Shown here one piece after another: positions 24,284-36,337 of a stretch of DNA of 64,000 bases. The notes below the pieces were generated by a model. It ran no database searches. It was not told the origin of the DNA and saw nothing but the letters and a program-made list of their open reading frames with translations. Position 1 is the stretch's first letter. Every line of letters begins with the position of its first letter. The DNA comes from Anthoceros angustus (Eukaryota > Plantae > Anthocerotophyta). The translations under genes were made by a program, and so were the position numbers. The stretch spans positions 124,001 to 188,000 of the forward strand of contig VJWM01000107.1 in assembly GCA_010909165.1 (NCBI GenBank), in the 5' to 3' direction.

Positions 24284-25074
24284 TTCTGGTCATGAACAAC
24301 AAGGCTATGCGGGCCGTATCCAACAAACGCAGGTTTTTCCTTTACTATTGCAGCATACGGTTAGGCAAGAACCACAGACCGACTCACTACAATCGCACAT
24401 GGCTTGGTATCCACCTTTTCGTTTTCCTTGTCAATATGTTGGTGCTTCACCTTCTCTTTCCCTTGGCTAGACGCTCATCGGTCATTTGAGGTAGCCTCAT
24501 TCAAATCTGCAAAAGGTGGGAACAATATTGAACAAATATATATATATTTATACATGAATAAAAGGAAGCGCTTGTTGGAATGTGCTCAACAAGATGAGCA
24601 TGGTGGTATTTTCATGAATTTTATAATGTGTAATATCAAGAGGATCCCCCAAATCAAAAAAGTTTTTAATGTCAGTATGATGTGACCACTCTCACATTTA
24701 GTTTCTAGTAAAATGTGATATTATAGCTATAATCCGTGCAAAACGGGCTAAGTGCCGATCCAATAGGTATGCTTCGCATGAATTCTTTATCTTCATCTAG
24801 AGGGTGATCTCGCGCGGAAGACCTCACACAAGGGAGGCCGGCGTGCTCACGAATTGGGACTACACCGTTAAGTACACATACACCTAAAAATCATACCAAA
24901 AAGACAACGCTTTAAAATATCTAGCAAAAGTTGAGTGATATATTGTTCTGCCTTTTGCTTGCCAGAAGAGGAATATATATTAAATAAATATTTATTTTAT
25001 ATTTTATTATCAAAGGGCAAAGGTTTATAAGCAGGGTAACAAAATAAAAAATATATCTTAAATTTTATTAAAGA

Positions 25075-25258
25075 AGGTAAAGACTTCATAAAAAAGAAGA
25101 GATGCGAAAACTCATCTACCCCGAGCCGATGGGGAACAGCCCATTAAAGGGCCAAGGGCCAAGGGGGCTAGCCGCCTCCTCCAAATGTCAATCCCGAAAC
25201 TACCAACCGCCCTAAGAATGTTGTGGTCAAAGATAAGAAAAGGCCTAGGTACGACCGA
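25075..25258 (-). mobile_element. 3'-end fragment of the RLE-type non-LTR element
   Basis: Reverse complement matches 27115-27290 (taggccttttcttatct..gattgacatttgg..ttggcccttggccctttaatgg..ggggtagatga). Confidence 0.8.
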
Positions 25259-25854
25259 TCTTAAAGTTTTATGCCAATGACCAAAGCTTTATAAGTAGGG
25301 TAAAAAAAAACCATATATATATATCTTAAATTTTGTTGCCCAAGACTAAAACCTTATAACTAAGGTAAAAAAATAAAAAAATTATCTTAAATTTTGTTGC
25401 CTAAGAGCAAGGCTTGCGTGTGCATTTGTTCGTTTGAAGAAGTAAAGAGTCTAACTAGCGGGTAGTCTTAATCCTCATGAGGTGGGATTGAGCGTATGCA
25501 ATTTGCTAATGCTGCGTTTCTTTGTTGCGGCACTTCGTTTGTAGCTTTGGAAGAATGTTGATACAAACCCCTACCACTTGCCTCAAACACACAATCTTTG
25601 AACAACTCACTTCAATTTACTATGGATTCTGTCTGCAATTGTAAGGTGTGAATCTCTCCCTTTAGTTTACATGTAGCACTATCGGAAGTATTATTTATCA
25701 TTGAGTCTCCATGCAGTTATAAAGTTGTGATTGTTTTTTTTAGTATAATCTATTATTCAGTCTTGGGTCGTTGTATAGTTTTGGAATAATGTCATTTGGT
25801 ATTTAGGATGTGAAGATAAATTGGTTAATTAATTAGAGGTTTAGATAGATACTA

Positions 25855-27290
25855 GGGGCAAGAGTACCCCTAGGGGGTACCCTCTTCGCCATGGCGCACG
25901 TCAGGGTGCTGTCCACTATTGCCTCCGAAGTCGAGGAGTGTCTTTTTTCCTCCGTTGCGGATAACACTCATATCTTAGGACTAGGGGACAAGGTCAGGGA
26001 GGCACAGGGACTTCACGTCTTGGAGCGTAGGACCCTCATACTTTATTCAGGGTTTTGTCGATGCTACTTTGGAGGAGGACTTGGCCCACATTGGCAACCT
26101 CTCTCAGTTTGGGGACCCTTGGGTGGCGTTTGACATCCTTTCTTCCTACTTCGTGCATCAGCCAAGGTAGCTTACCAGAACGGTTGCTCCCTCCCTAGTT
26201 TTTCTATCAAGCTTGGGGAAGTTCGATAAACAGGTTATGTAGGCGCTTGGGGACACAAGGTATATGGGGGCTCCCTATACGGAAGAAATCCGCTCTTCTC
26301 GGTCATCGAGAACATGATGTCACGAACAACATCATGTGTAGCAGTATGTTGCCTCCACCTAGACAACGAGCCAGGTGGGACCAAGAGTCATCGAGGGGGG
26401 GCCCACAACTGCAAGATGATAGAGAACAGGCCAAAGGCTGGACCAAGCCTAGGCGGAACCTCATCGCGGTAGAAAAAGAGGCTCCTGCAATTCGGAAAGC
26501 CTAGATGCACGGCCGAGCCAGGAGCCCGCTCCCTTCCCCGAGCAAGAGCAGAGGCAAGCCCGAGCAGGCCAGGGAGTAGTAGAATCCAGAAGAACTGCTT
26601 CTTCTAAAGAGAGGCCTGAAGGCCGCGGAGCCTGTCTACAGACAACGTGGAAAAAAGATGCATGGCCACCCTGGCCTCCGAGGATAAGAGACTCGTGTCG
26701 CTTAGGCGGATCTATTTCTGATAAGGGGGTAACAAATCTCAGTTGCGGATGTCGTCGTAACGAATCCTACCTGAGACACCGTTTGTGAGCACGACATCAT
26801 CAACCCTCCAGGTTGGGTGGTAGAGGGATGCACGACATCCATAGTACATAAGTACACGCCTATGCAAGACGACCATGCCTTCATCCCCCTCGCCATCAAG
26901 ATCCACGGGGCCATGGGCAAGGATTTCGGACGACTCATACAAGATTGTGCTAAAGCCTGCCACGATTGACAGAATGAGGTGGATCTCCCTCTTTCCTCCG
27001 TGGTGGCTTTCTTTCAATATCGGGTTTCCATCGCCCCGCAGAGGGCATTGGCCAACGCCGATTATAGAACGGCAACGAGGGTAGGAGACGTGGCATTAGC
27101 GACACCGGTAGTAGGTAGGCCTTTTCTTATCTATGATCACGACATACTTGGGGCCGTTGATAATTTCAGGATTGACATTTGGGGGACTAGTCCCTCTTGG
27201 CCCTTGGCCCTTTAATGGATTATTCCGCATCGACTTGGGGTAGATGAATTTTCCCATCTCTTCCTTTTTATAAAGTCTCCACCTCTTTTC
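25855..27290 (+). mobile_element. Decayed RLE-type (CRE-like) non-LTR retrotransposon with RT and restriction-like endonuclease remnants
   Basis: QEYPLGGTLFAMAH (~QGDPL) and FSSVADN (~YADD); later RADL..VADVVVTNP..KY..FIPLAIKIHG..RVSIAPQRALA; T-rich sequence follows. Confidence 0.7.
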
Positions 27291-27466
27291 TGATAGGTAT
27301 CAACTTTTTTCTTTTTCCCTTTACTTTTTTCTGTATGAACGAACCTAGATAATTTTGTGGCACTAATTTGATTTTTCAGCTCGGATCGTCCAGCACAGGA
27401 GTAGGTACCTAGGTAGTTTCATGTGTAATATTCTCTCGGATTGGTTTCGACAGCGTTCCCTGAACG

Positions 27467-30013
27467 ATGCCCACAGTATGGCAACCGGACCCGTTGCGGA
27501 CCCAACAAATTGGTGTGTGTACAAGGATTGTACGAGGAGCTCCCGCTCACCTCATCTTAGGGAGACAACCCCTGGCAAACAAAGCCTGCAGGTGTGGCAT
27601 TGTAAAAAGCCCAGTACTTCCACTTCCGAGAAAATGTGTGGGTGGGGACGGGTTTTCCAGCGATGGTCGTTGCCAGGAGCAGGAGCACTTGTGCCAACAT
27701 TTTTTTCGTCCCACCACAAGAGATAAGCAGAGCTCTCGTTCGCCTGACTTCCGGCGTAAGCCAGCTTGGGTTGATGAACAGCTCGTTTCCTTGGATACAC
27801 AGATGGGTCGTGGTGCCTCTTCTTCCGAGTCCAGCTCTCCGAATAATCCTGAACCTGGCAGGCATGAAGGATTGGGAATAGGTGTCGTAACGGGTGGAAC
27901 CGTGAGCGTATTATGTCAGCAGGGGAAGCTTTCTGAGGCCGTTGAAGCCCTGGAAGCTCTGGCACAGACAGACTCTCCCATTTCTCAGTCTCTGTTTTAC
28001 ACTGTGCTGAAACTGTGTACAGCTAAGAAGGATTTGGTTGTGGGACGACGAGTTCATGATCTGAGTGTCAAACTTGGGTACGAGTCGAATGCATACCTGG
28101 GGAACCATATCTTGCGCATGTATGCATGTGGAGGTAGGCTAGAGGAGGCCATGGATGTGCTCATCAGGGTGGGCAAGCCAAATGCCTTCATGTGGTTTTC
28201 CATAATCTCTGCATATGCTAAGCATGGGAAACCTAAGGTGGCCATACAACTGTATCATGAGATGCGGATGTCCGGAGTGAAGGCGGATGCTCACGTCTTT
28301 GTAGCTGCCCTTCAAGCTTGTGCATTTGCCACTGACTTGGATTCTGGCAGAACAGTGCACTGTGATGTGTTGCACAGTGGCATTCCTCCTGACTTGTTTG
28401 TTGGCACTGGCCTTGTGGACATGTATGCAAAATGTGGTGAACTGGAAGATGCACGCCACGTTTTTGACAGCTTGGCGACAAAGAATGTGGTGACATGGAA
28501 TGCCCTGATAGCTGGGTATTCCCAGCAAGGGCTCGGACATGAGGCGCTTGTTGTGTATGGACAAATGGAGCAGGAGGGCCTCATTTTGGCTGACCATGTT
28601 ACTTTTGCTTGCCTTCTGAAGGCCTGTGCAAGCACTGGTGCCTTACAGAAGGGCAGGCAGCTGCACTCACAGATTGTCGAAAGAGGACTGCTGGATAATG
28701 TGGTGGTGGGCACCTGCCTGGTGGACATGTATGCAAAATGTGGTGAACTGGAAGATGCACGCCAGGTTTTTGACAGCATGGCCACAAAGAATGTGGTGAC
28801 ATGGAATGCCCTGATTGCTGGGTATGCACAGCAAGGACTCGGCCAAGAGGCGCTTGTTGTGTATGGACAAATGGAGCAGGAGGGCCTCATTTTGGCTGAC
28901 GATGTTACTTTTGCTTGCCTTCTGAAGGCCTGTGCAAGCACTGGTGCCTTACAGAAGGGCAGGCAGCTGCACTCACAGATTGTCGAAAGAGGACTGCTGG
29001 ATAACGTAGTGTTGGGCAACTGCCTGGTGGACATGTATGCAAAATGTGGTGAACTGGAAGATGCACGCCAGGTTTTTGACAGCATGAACACAAAGGATGT
29101 GGTGACATGGACCGCCCTGATATCTGGGTATGGTGCTTGTGATGAAGGTCACAAGGCACTAGCTTGTTTTGAGGAGATGTTAGTTGCAGGTATTCAGCCT
29201 AATGATGCAACTTTTACGTGCCTTTTGGTGGCATGCAGTCATGAGGGATTGGTCCAGGAGGGTCGCAAGCACTTTGATTCCATGGCTGAACAGCATGGTA
29301 TCAAACCTACTATTGAGCATTACGTTTGCATGATTGATCTTCTTGGGCGTGCAGGCCATTTAGATGACGCAGAGAAGACGCTATTATCATGTGAGGGCCA
29401 AAGTAATGTTGTGGGCTTGAGGTCTCTGTTGAATGCCTGCAAAAGTCACGGGGATATAGAGAGGGCAATGTGGTGTTTTGAAAGCATTGTTAGGCTGGAC
29501 CCCCAGGATGCGCCGGCATATGTGCTCATGGCAAATGCCTATGCAGATGCAGGTAGGTGGACCGATGTAGAAAGGATTGAAAAACAGAGAATGGTAGCAG
29601 GAGCCAACAAGAAACCTGCAGTGGTGACCATTGAGGTGAATAAGCATGTACATAAATTTGTGGTGGGAGAAATGGGAGAGGACATTGCGTTTAAGGTAGA
29701 GAGCACGAATGCACGTCTGAAACAGGAAGGAGGCCACGTACCTCACACAAAGTTGGTGTTGAAGCCACTGTGTGAGAAGGAAAAGGAAGATGTGCTTTGT
29801 GGACATGCTGAAAAGCTAGCTCTGGCGTTTGGTCTCTTGAACACTCCGAATGGGACACCTCTGGTGGTAACCAAGAATCTCCGCATGTGCAGTGACTGCC
29901 ACAGTTCCACGGAGATCATGTCAAGGCTTGAACGAAGAGACATTGTTGTAAGGGATGGGTACCGTGTGCATCGATTCGCAGCCGGTCGTTGCAGCTGTCA
30001 GGGTCGGCCGTGA
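27467..30013 (+). CDS. Intact intronless PLS-PPR with a DYW:KP (GRP-type) domain, candidate U-to-C RNA editing factor (848 aa)
   Basis: PLS triplets, P2-L2-S2, E1/E2, KKPAVVTIEV in place of the PG box, HAEKLA, CSDCH and C-terminal CSCQGRP. Confidence 0.92.
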   Translation: MPTVWQPDPLRTQQIGVCTRIVRGAPAHLILGRQPLANKACRCGIVKSPVLPLPRKCVGGDGFSSDGRCQEQEHLCQHFFRPTTRDKQSSRSPDFRRKPAWVDEQLVSLDTQMGRGASSSESSSPNNPEPGRHEGLGIGVVTGGTVSVLCQQGKLSEAVEALEALAQTDSPISQSLFYTVLKLCTAKKDLVVGRRVHDLSVKLGYESNAYLGNHILRMYACGGRLEEAMDVLIRVGKPNAFMWFSIISAYAKHGKPKVAIQLYHEMRMSGVKADAHVFVAALQACAFATDLDSGRTVHCDVLHSGIPPDLFVGTGLVDMYAKCGELEDARHVFDSLATKNVVTWNALIAGYSQQGLGHEALVVYGQMEQEGLILADHVTFACLLKACASTGALQKGRQLHSQIVERGLLDNVVVGTCLVDMYAKCGELEDARQVFDSMATKNVVTWNALIAGYAQQGLGQEALVVYGQMEQEGLILADDVTFACLLKACASTGALQKGRQLHSQIVERGLLDNVVLGNCLVDMYAKCGELEDARQVFDSMNTKDVVTWTALISGYGACDEGHKALACFEEMLVAGIQPNDATFTCLLVACSHEGLVQEGRKHFDSMAEQHGIKPTIEHYVCMIDLLGRAGHLDDAEKTLLSCEGQSNVVGLRSLLNACKSHGDIERAMWCFESIVRLDPQDAPAYVLMANAYADAGRWTDVERIEKQRMVAGANKKPAVVTIEVNKHVHKFVVGEMGEDIAFKVESTNARLKQEGGHVPHTKLVLKPLCEKEKEDVLCGHAEKLALAFGLLNTPNGTPLVVTKNLRMCSDCHSSTEIMSRLERRDIVVRDGYRVHRFAAGRCSCQGRP
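28411..29110 (+). repeat. 306-bp near-perfect internal PLS-triplet repeat
   Basis: gtggacatgtatgcaaaatgtggtgaactggaagatgcacgcca at 28415, 28721 and 29027. Confidence 0.9.
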
Positions 30014-30828
30014 GAACAATGGAGAAGTAGCCAGTGTCCAAGTGTGTACGCTAGGGAATATTGAATTTTGACCGGTCGAGAAGTGGACAGCAAGAGCCGT
30101 CCGCCTCCGGTAGGCCTCCTCCCAAAAGATTTCAGGGGCCTGAAAATGAGATATCGAGGTGGAGGCTGTTGACGAGAACTTGTTTTTTGATGAAACCCTC
30201 CCAGGGGAAGAGCTACATCAGGTGGAGGCCGTGGAAGCCCATCTCGCTCATTTGTGGAACAAACCTCCAGTTCCACAGAGAGATCCTCCAGCTCACAGCT
30301 TAGGTCGGTGTTGTCCGATCAAGAGTGGTGACCTGTTCTATTGCCGAGGTTCTCACACTACCCACAGCTGCATGCTGTTTGCGGATTTGAATTCATGAAT
30401 TCAATTTGTCGTCGATGGATTGATGGATTCTCGTGAAAATATTGATGTAATTCTAGTGACTCAGATCCAGGTGCGGTAGGCTGGTGACCGGGTTCAAGAC
30501 TCCAAGGGTGTAAGAGATGTCCAGTTGGCCATCTCAAAGGCGGGTTGAACAGATCAATACACGGGCATGCGGGATCACGGCGGATCGGAGCTACAGCTAT
30601 TCCAAGAACTGATAGACGCCGGCCATATTGACGTCGTCAACTTAGACGCCGTCTGAACTGCGGCCCCTCATAAAGAAAGTATGGTAGGTATTTAATGCTA
30701 TTTGGTAGTGGGAAATGAACGTGGCCAAGAGTCGCGTCCAGGTGAAGGAGATGGCGAGGAGAAAAGCGTGACTATCTACATAAAGCCAGAACTGAGGAGT
30801 CGGAGCCGGAGCAGGACCAGGAGAAGCC

Positions 30829-32391
30829 ATGGCGATGGCGGCGGCGCTTCTGGAGGACGCCGAGTGGCACTCCTCTTTGCTCAAGAATCTCTACTATGCG
30901 CTGGGCTGGTTTGCATTTGCGGTCTGGTCCATCAGCTTTTATCCCCAGGTTCTGCTCAACTACCGCCGCAAAAGGTAAATTTCATTGCTGCTGCCGGGGA
31001 TGCCCCGCCTCCTGTATCTGGATGTGCATTCGGCTTGTGACTGATCCACTGGAAGCTGATGAGTGTGGCAGTGTGGTCGGGCTCAATTTCGACTTTTTAT
31101 TTCTCAATTTCACCAAGCACACATCCTATCTGGTGTACAACGTGCTGCTCTACTACAACCCTGTGGTGCAAAGTCAGTACCGGGAGAAGTTTGGTGAATC
31201 TGAGGTGCGGGCGTGCATGCAATTGAAGCTCCTGTCAGAGGAAGCTACTGCTGTCCGGTTTTGTTGTGAGGGTTTCACTGGAGTGGGTGGGACTGATGTG
31301 GTCATGTTTGTAAAACAGCTCATCCCGGTAGCGCCAAGTGATGTTGCTTTCTCAATCCATGCAGTGCTGCTAACCAGCATCACTATTGCCCAGATCTATA
31401 TCTATGAGGTAAAGGCTGGGTTTTGCAGTGGAAGGCATGTGTTTAACTTCTCATTCTTGCAATAGTGTGCTACCTTGCTGATTTGTGCTGCAGCTTGTTT
31501 TGTAGACAGGAGCTCAAAAAGTATCTCTGCCTGGAATTGCCATCACCGTGGCAGCTTGGGGAGCAGCACTTATTTTGGTGATTGTCTCCTGGGCTAAGGG
31601 ACAGTGGCTTTGGATTGCTCTAGGATTCAAGTAAGAATTCTGTGCAGAAGGATGAGCGGATGCGGTCTCATTTATTCCTGCTCACGTGTTTTCTGAAGCA
31701 TTTGTTTTTGTTTGATATTACAGTATCATACAAGTTACCATGACAGCAATCAAGTATATACCTCAGGTACAGAGTCTCTTCGCATATTACATCAACTTAA
31801 CAACAGAGATGACGGATCCAACATTGCCTAACGGATGACTTGGTCTTGATGGACAGGCATGGTACAATTACGTGAGAAAGAGTACTGTCGGCTGGAGCAT
31901 CGGAAACATTCTACTGGACATTTCTGGTGGCCTGGCCAGTCTCGTGCAGATGAGCGTTCAGTCCATTGACCAGAGTATGCAGCCTCCACTGTCATTTCCT
32001 GCTCTTCTTGAGTATCGCAACTGGTTTGTCCAACCATTGATATATTATCTACTGGAATGGTGTCTGCAGAATCGTGGGTGAATTTCACAGGGAATGTGGG
32101 AAAACTGGGTTTATCTTTGGTGAGTAATTTCCGAATCTAGAGATCTGCGTTGCTGCGTTACTCTCTCCTCTTAAGCCTAACTGAATCATTGCTCGTGTGC
32201 AGGAAACGGTCGTGTTCGATATCCTGTTCATTATTCAGCACTACGTGCTATACCGTCAGGGAGCTGGGGACGACTCCTACCATGCTATCGGGGATCCCGA
32301 ATCAGAGGTTGGAAAGCCACAAGATCATGAGCACCATGAAAATTCACACCTTTCACAAGATGGTCACTCGTCCCATCGGCACGATCCTTGA
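30829..32391 (+). CDS. Cystinosin homologue (PQ-loop lysosomal/vacuolar cystine transporter), multi-exon
   Basis: [64 protein letters not shown] and [13 protein letters not shown]. Confidence 0.92.
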
Positions 32392-33822
32392 AATTGTTAG
32401 AAATGTGGTCTATATTTTAGGGGTGGTCAGCTTCTGCCCCCAAGTTGTCGTTGACAAGAAAGGCCCAGTGGGGGATTCCTGATCGCGTCTTTATCTCTAG
32501 CAGGACGAAGAAGCATGACACTTGAGTTTAATGAGACCTCAGTTAAGGTACGAAGCAGCAGAGACCGAAGATGGCAGGGCATTTAGACAGCCACAATACC
32601 AGAGACTCCATGCAGCAGGTTTTCAGACACGTAGTTTCTTTACTGTCCTCGCCTGCAAGCGATTCACGAAGTGCAGGCTGTGTATGTCTTTCTCGCGGAC
32701 TTTGTTCCATCCTCATCCTATTCCCTTGCCCCCTGACTTTTTGGGCATACTTATGTCCTTTGACAACCGAAAGATCATGGAGGATGTTTTTTTCACTCCA
32801 GATCGTTCAGCTCAAAAACCAAACACTTCAATTTGCACGCTAGAAGCAATTTGTACACTTCAATTCGCACGCATAGAAGCCGAAATCCATGTCCTAACAT
32901 ACCCGCTTAATATCACAACTTAATGCAAATGGTTACCCTGAGGATAGAGGCAATAAAAAACAACTCGCTCTAATAGAGAATCATCCAGAGACCACTCGAT
33001 GGTAAGCCACACTTTTGCATGTTGAAGCGCATGAGCCACTCACACTCACCCGCGTTCCCGTAGGTACAAATAACTTTTCTAAAGTGCTTGAAGACAGCCC
33101 TCATGTACAAAGCTTTTGTAGGGTGTCTGCTAGGGTTACAGATTGCCTCTATGAAGGCTAGTTTTAAACTTTTCTATATATTTCCTGTCCGAAGTGCTGT
33201 TGGTGTGGTCTGCCATTATCCAAATATGCCATATAAAAAACAACTAGAGAAGAGGAAAAGAAGATTTCAGCAAGACAACTCCAGAAGTCAATGGGTCGTC
33301 GGCCAAGACTATCTCTGATTGCTTTATTTTCAAAAGGCGTTGTGAAGGTAGTGATGAATGTGGATAAGTGTATGAGACTATGTTGGGTTGCTTTGATTTT
33401 GAAAGGCGGTGTGAAGATAGTGATGAATGTGGATATGTTTATAAGATGGCTTGTTCAAATTTCTTGTGACTAGGAAAAAACTGGGAGTGGTACTACTTTA
33501 TATTGTTGTACTAGTATGAACAAAGAGCAATATTGCGTTGTCTTTTAAGCAAAGGATATACATTTTTTTTTTGTACAAGCACACTACATATTGTTGTTGA
33601 AGGAAAAGAGGGAGGTAGCATTGCTATTGAAGGCAAAGGGAGGACAAGTGTAAAATATTAGACTCAACAAAAAGGCTCATTTATCATAATTTGCATCATA
33701 TCATTTAATCGGATGCTCATGGTTTACAGCTCAAGTGAAATGGAGTATTAAGTCCATTCTTCTTGCCTTGCAAAGAAGATAAACTGCTGGAGCTGTTTCT
33801 TGAAAGAAGGAATATGAGTGGA

Positions 33823-34551
33823 TATGGAAAATGGATGGATAACTTCAAATATCCATATGTCTTTCTTCACCACAAGGAAAAAAATGTCCCAATTTGGGAA
33901 AAAAAAAATCAAGGACCCACTCGAGCCAATTGTGAAAGAAGATGGGTCAACATCAACAATTCACGAATACATTGATATCATCGCATGATAGCTTAGTTGG
34001 AGTTGGGAACTGTTACCCTAATGAATAGGTTTAACAATCAACAGATTACCATTGTATCTTTATAAGAGGTAATTTATTATTTAATTGCTCCCTTTTATAT
34101 TTATTGTGAATATATTATTTTTAAGTTGTCATCCTATAGAGCGCTGGACAACATGCAGCTGTCGCCAAGGATATCACACACAAACTTCAGAAAGTCAGTC
34201 ACAAAATCAACAATTGCGTTTGCAGACCATACCATAGGTTGAATCAATTATTACTTAGGTTGAGTTTAGGGTCTAGGGAAACTTTTTTAATAAAATCTAA
34301 CTCGTATTTTCCAGTGTAGACGGGAAAAAGAAGGAAAAAAATAGATGAACTTGATGAGCAAACACTTAAGTATCGTCCGGATCCATATTTTCCGAGTATG
34401 GAAAATGGATGGATAATTTGAAAAATTCATGTCTTTTTGGACCATAAGAAAACTAACGTCTCAATTTGGGAACAAAATAGCAAGGACCTAGTCGAGCCAA
34501 TTGTGAAAGAGGATGGGTTGACATCGACAATTGCCGAATACATTGATATCC
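33823..34551. repeat. Two diverged ~155-bp direct copies (33823-33979 and 34398-34551)
   Basis: atggaaaatggatggataa..caatttgggaa..tcgagccaattgtgaaaga..gaatacattgatatc occurs twice in an AT-rich intergenic region. Confidence 0.8.
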
Positions 34552-36337
34552 AACGGATGCGCGTAGGGCACCCCGACTCGCGTCCGTTCCTTAGTGTGAG
34601 GGAGTGATCAATATGATTGATTCTATATATAATCAATGTGATGTGTCTGACGATTGATTTTTTCCCGGAAGCGGTTCATTATTATCCATATTATCTTTTA
34701 ATATTTTCAAAAGTAAAATTATTTCAGCAACATATCTGAATAATTTTCAAAAGACCCGCCATGCAGGCTTATATTACCATCAGCCATATTGGCATTTTGT
34801 CCGGTCTAAAATCCTGCATCACCCATGGAACCACAATGTGCTGCATAGGAAACGTGTGAACATTTGAACATGTATTCATCAACTTCCACAAACTATTTGT
34901 AGCTTTATGGAGCTTTGTTGCAAAAGTCTCCTTCGTTGCTTTATCTCTTTTGTAATTATTGAAAATTTCATGTTCTTTTCATCTACAAACCTCACTATTT
35001 TTATCCGATTTCGAGCATATAGCTTCGGGGTAGTTGAGCTTCTTTGAAGAAATGCTGGAGCCTAAACAAGTTTGAAAGGCCATGTTTATTTTTGAATATC
35101 TTGAAAAACAAATGTGTAAAGAAGATCTAACTACAAACATAGTGCCTTGTTTTGGAGTCTTTTGAAATTCAGGTTCCCTAATCCCTCGGATCCTACCTAA
35201 GTTTCTTGTGCAAGTATCGATCCATTTGCCTCATCAACCCTTATCCGCTCTCCCCTTTCGTTTTCCTTGGCATTTAGGAATAATGACCTTGATGGGAATT
35301 ACAGGAACACGATATGTTTGCCATTGATAAAGAATGACCAAAACTTGGTCAGGACTTGCGACCCTATTTGTGTGTAACCAAGACAAATTGTATCCCGCTC
35401 ACCAGTACTCAATGAGTATTTTTGCTATGCCATAGTGTGTTGCAGATACTTATGCTGGTCCATGAGACTTGCACTCAGCTTGGAAAAAAGTCACAACCTG
35501 CATATAGCCAACAGGCAATTGAATAGGTCGTCTGGTCGTATAGTGGAGGGTGCCAACAGATAATCGAATAGGTAGCCTGGTCGGATGCCTAGTTAAGAGG
35601 TGGGCGGTATCGGCTAGGTTAAACAAATCCGTTTGTGCTGTCCCTGGCACTGTAAACAGTTTGTCCGGAGTTGTAGCTATGTCACATATGTGGAAGGACG
35701 TTGTGAGGGGCTCCATAGCAGGTCGAGGTGTCCAACGAGTCGGTCGCATTGGAACTACCATGTCGTTTTGACCAGGCATCCAGCCCTGCGAGATGTTGGG
35801 CAGTGCAGGCCCTTATGCTGTGCGTTTCTGCTCTGTACCGTGATCTCATACAGCACACTGTCGTGGTGGAACTGTCCGGTGTTATCGAGAAGAGGTGATC
35901 CAGCCGGGTGAGCTTTAGGTCATCCGGGCCTCTCGGGGACAAGAAATTGCTTGGCAAGGCAGCTATAATTGCAGCAACCTCCGGCCTGTAGGGTTGAACA
36001 TTTCTCTGTATCTGATCGTGAGCAGGCCTTACTGGTCGGAGCTGTGCGGTCTGGAGGAGAAGCAGTTTGCACTTGTATAACGCCGGTGATACATTCGGGG
36101 CCTCCAGCCCGGGCCTAGACGCAGACTTGGCGGGCTTCTGGCCTTGAGCTGGAATTGGACAACGTAGACTGGTCCTGAAGTCTGCGAGGAGTCGGAAGAA
36201 GGAAAGAAACACAACGACGTTGTACTCCCTGGGGTTTTGAAGACGCTGGGAAGAACTGGGGTAGAGGCCGCGGTGACCTTCCAAGGTGTTCAAGGGGGGA
36301 AGGGCTCGTTGCGTATTGCAATCTCGTAGTTGTCAAC

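Noticed and set aside
30470-30510. GGTTCAAGACTCC resembling a tRNA T-arm
   Set aside because: No cloverleaf could be folded around it.
35450-36293. Overlapping minus-strand ORFs (109 and 203 aa) upstream of cactin
   Set aside because: No recognisable domain or splice pattern, so a gene cannot be supported.
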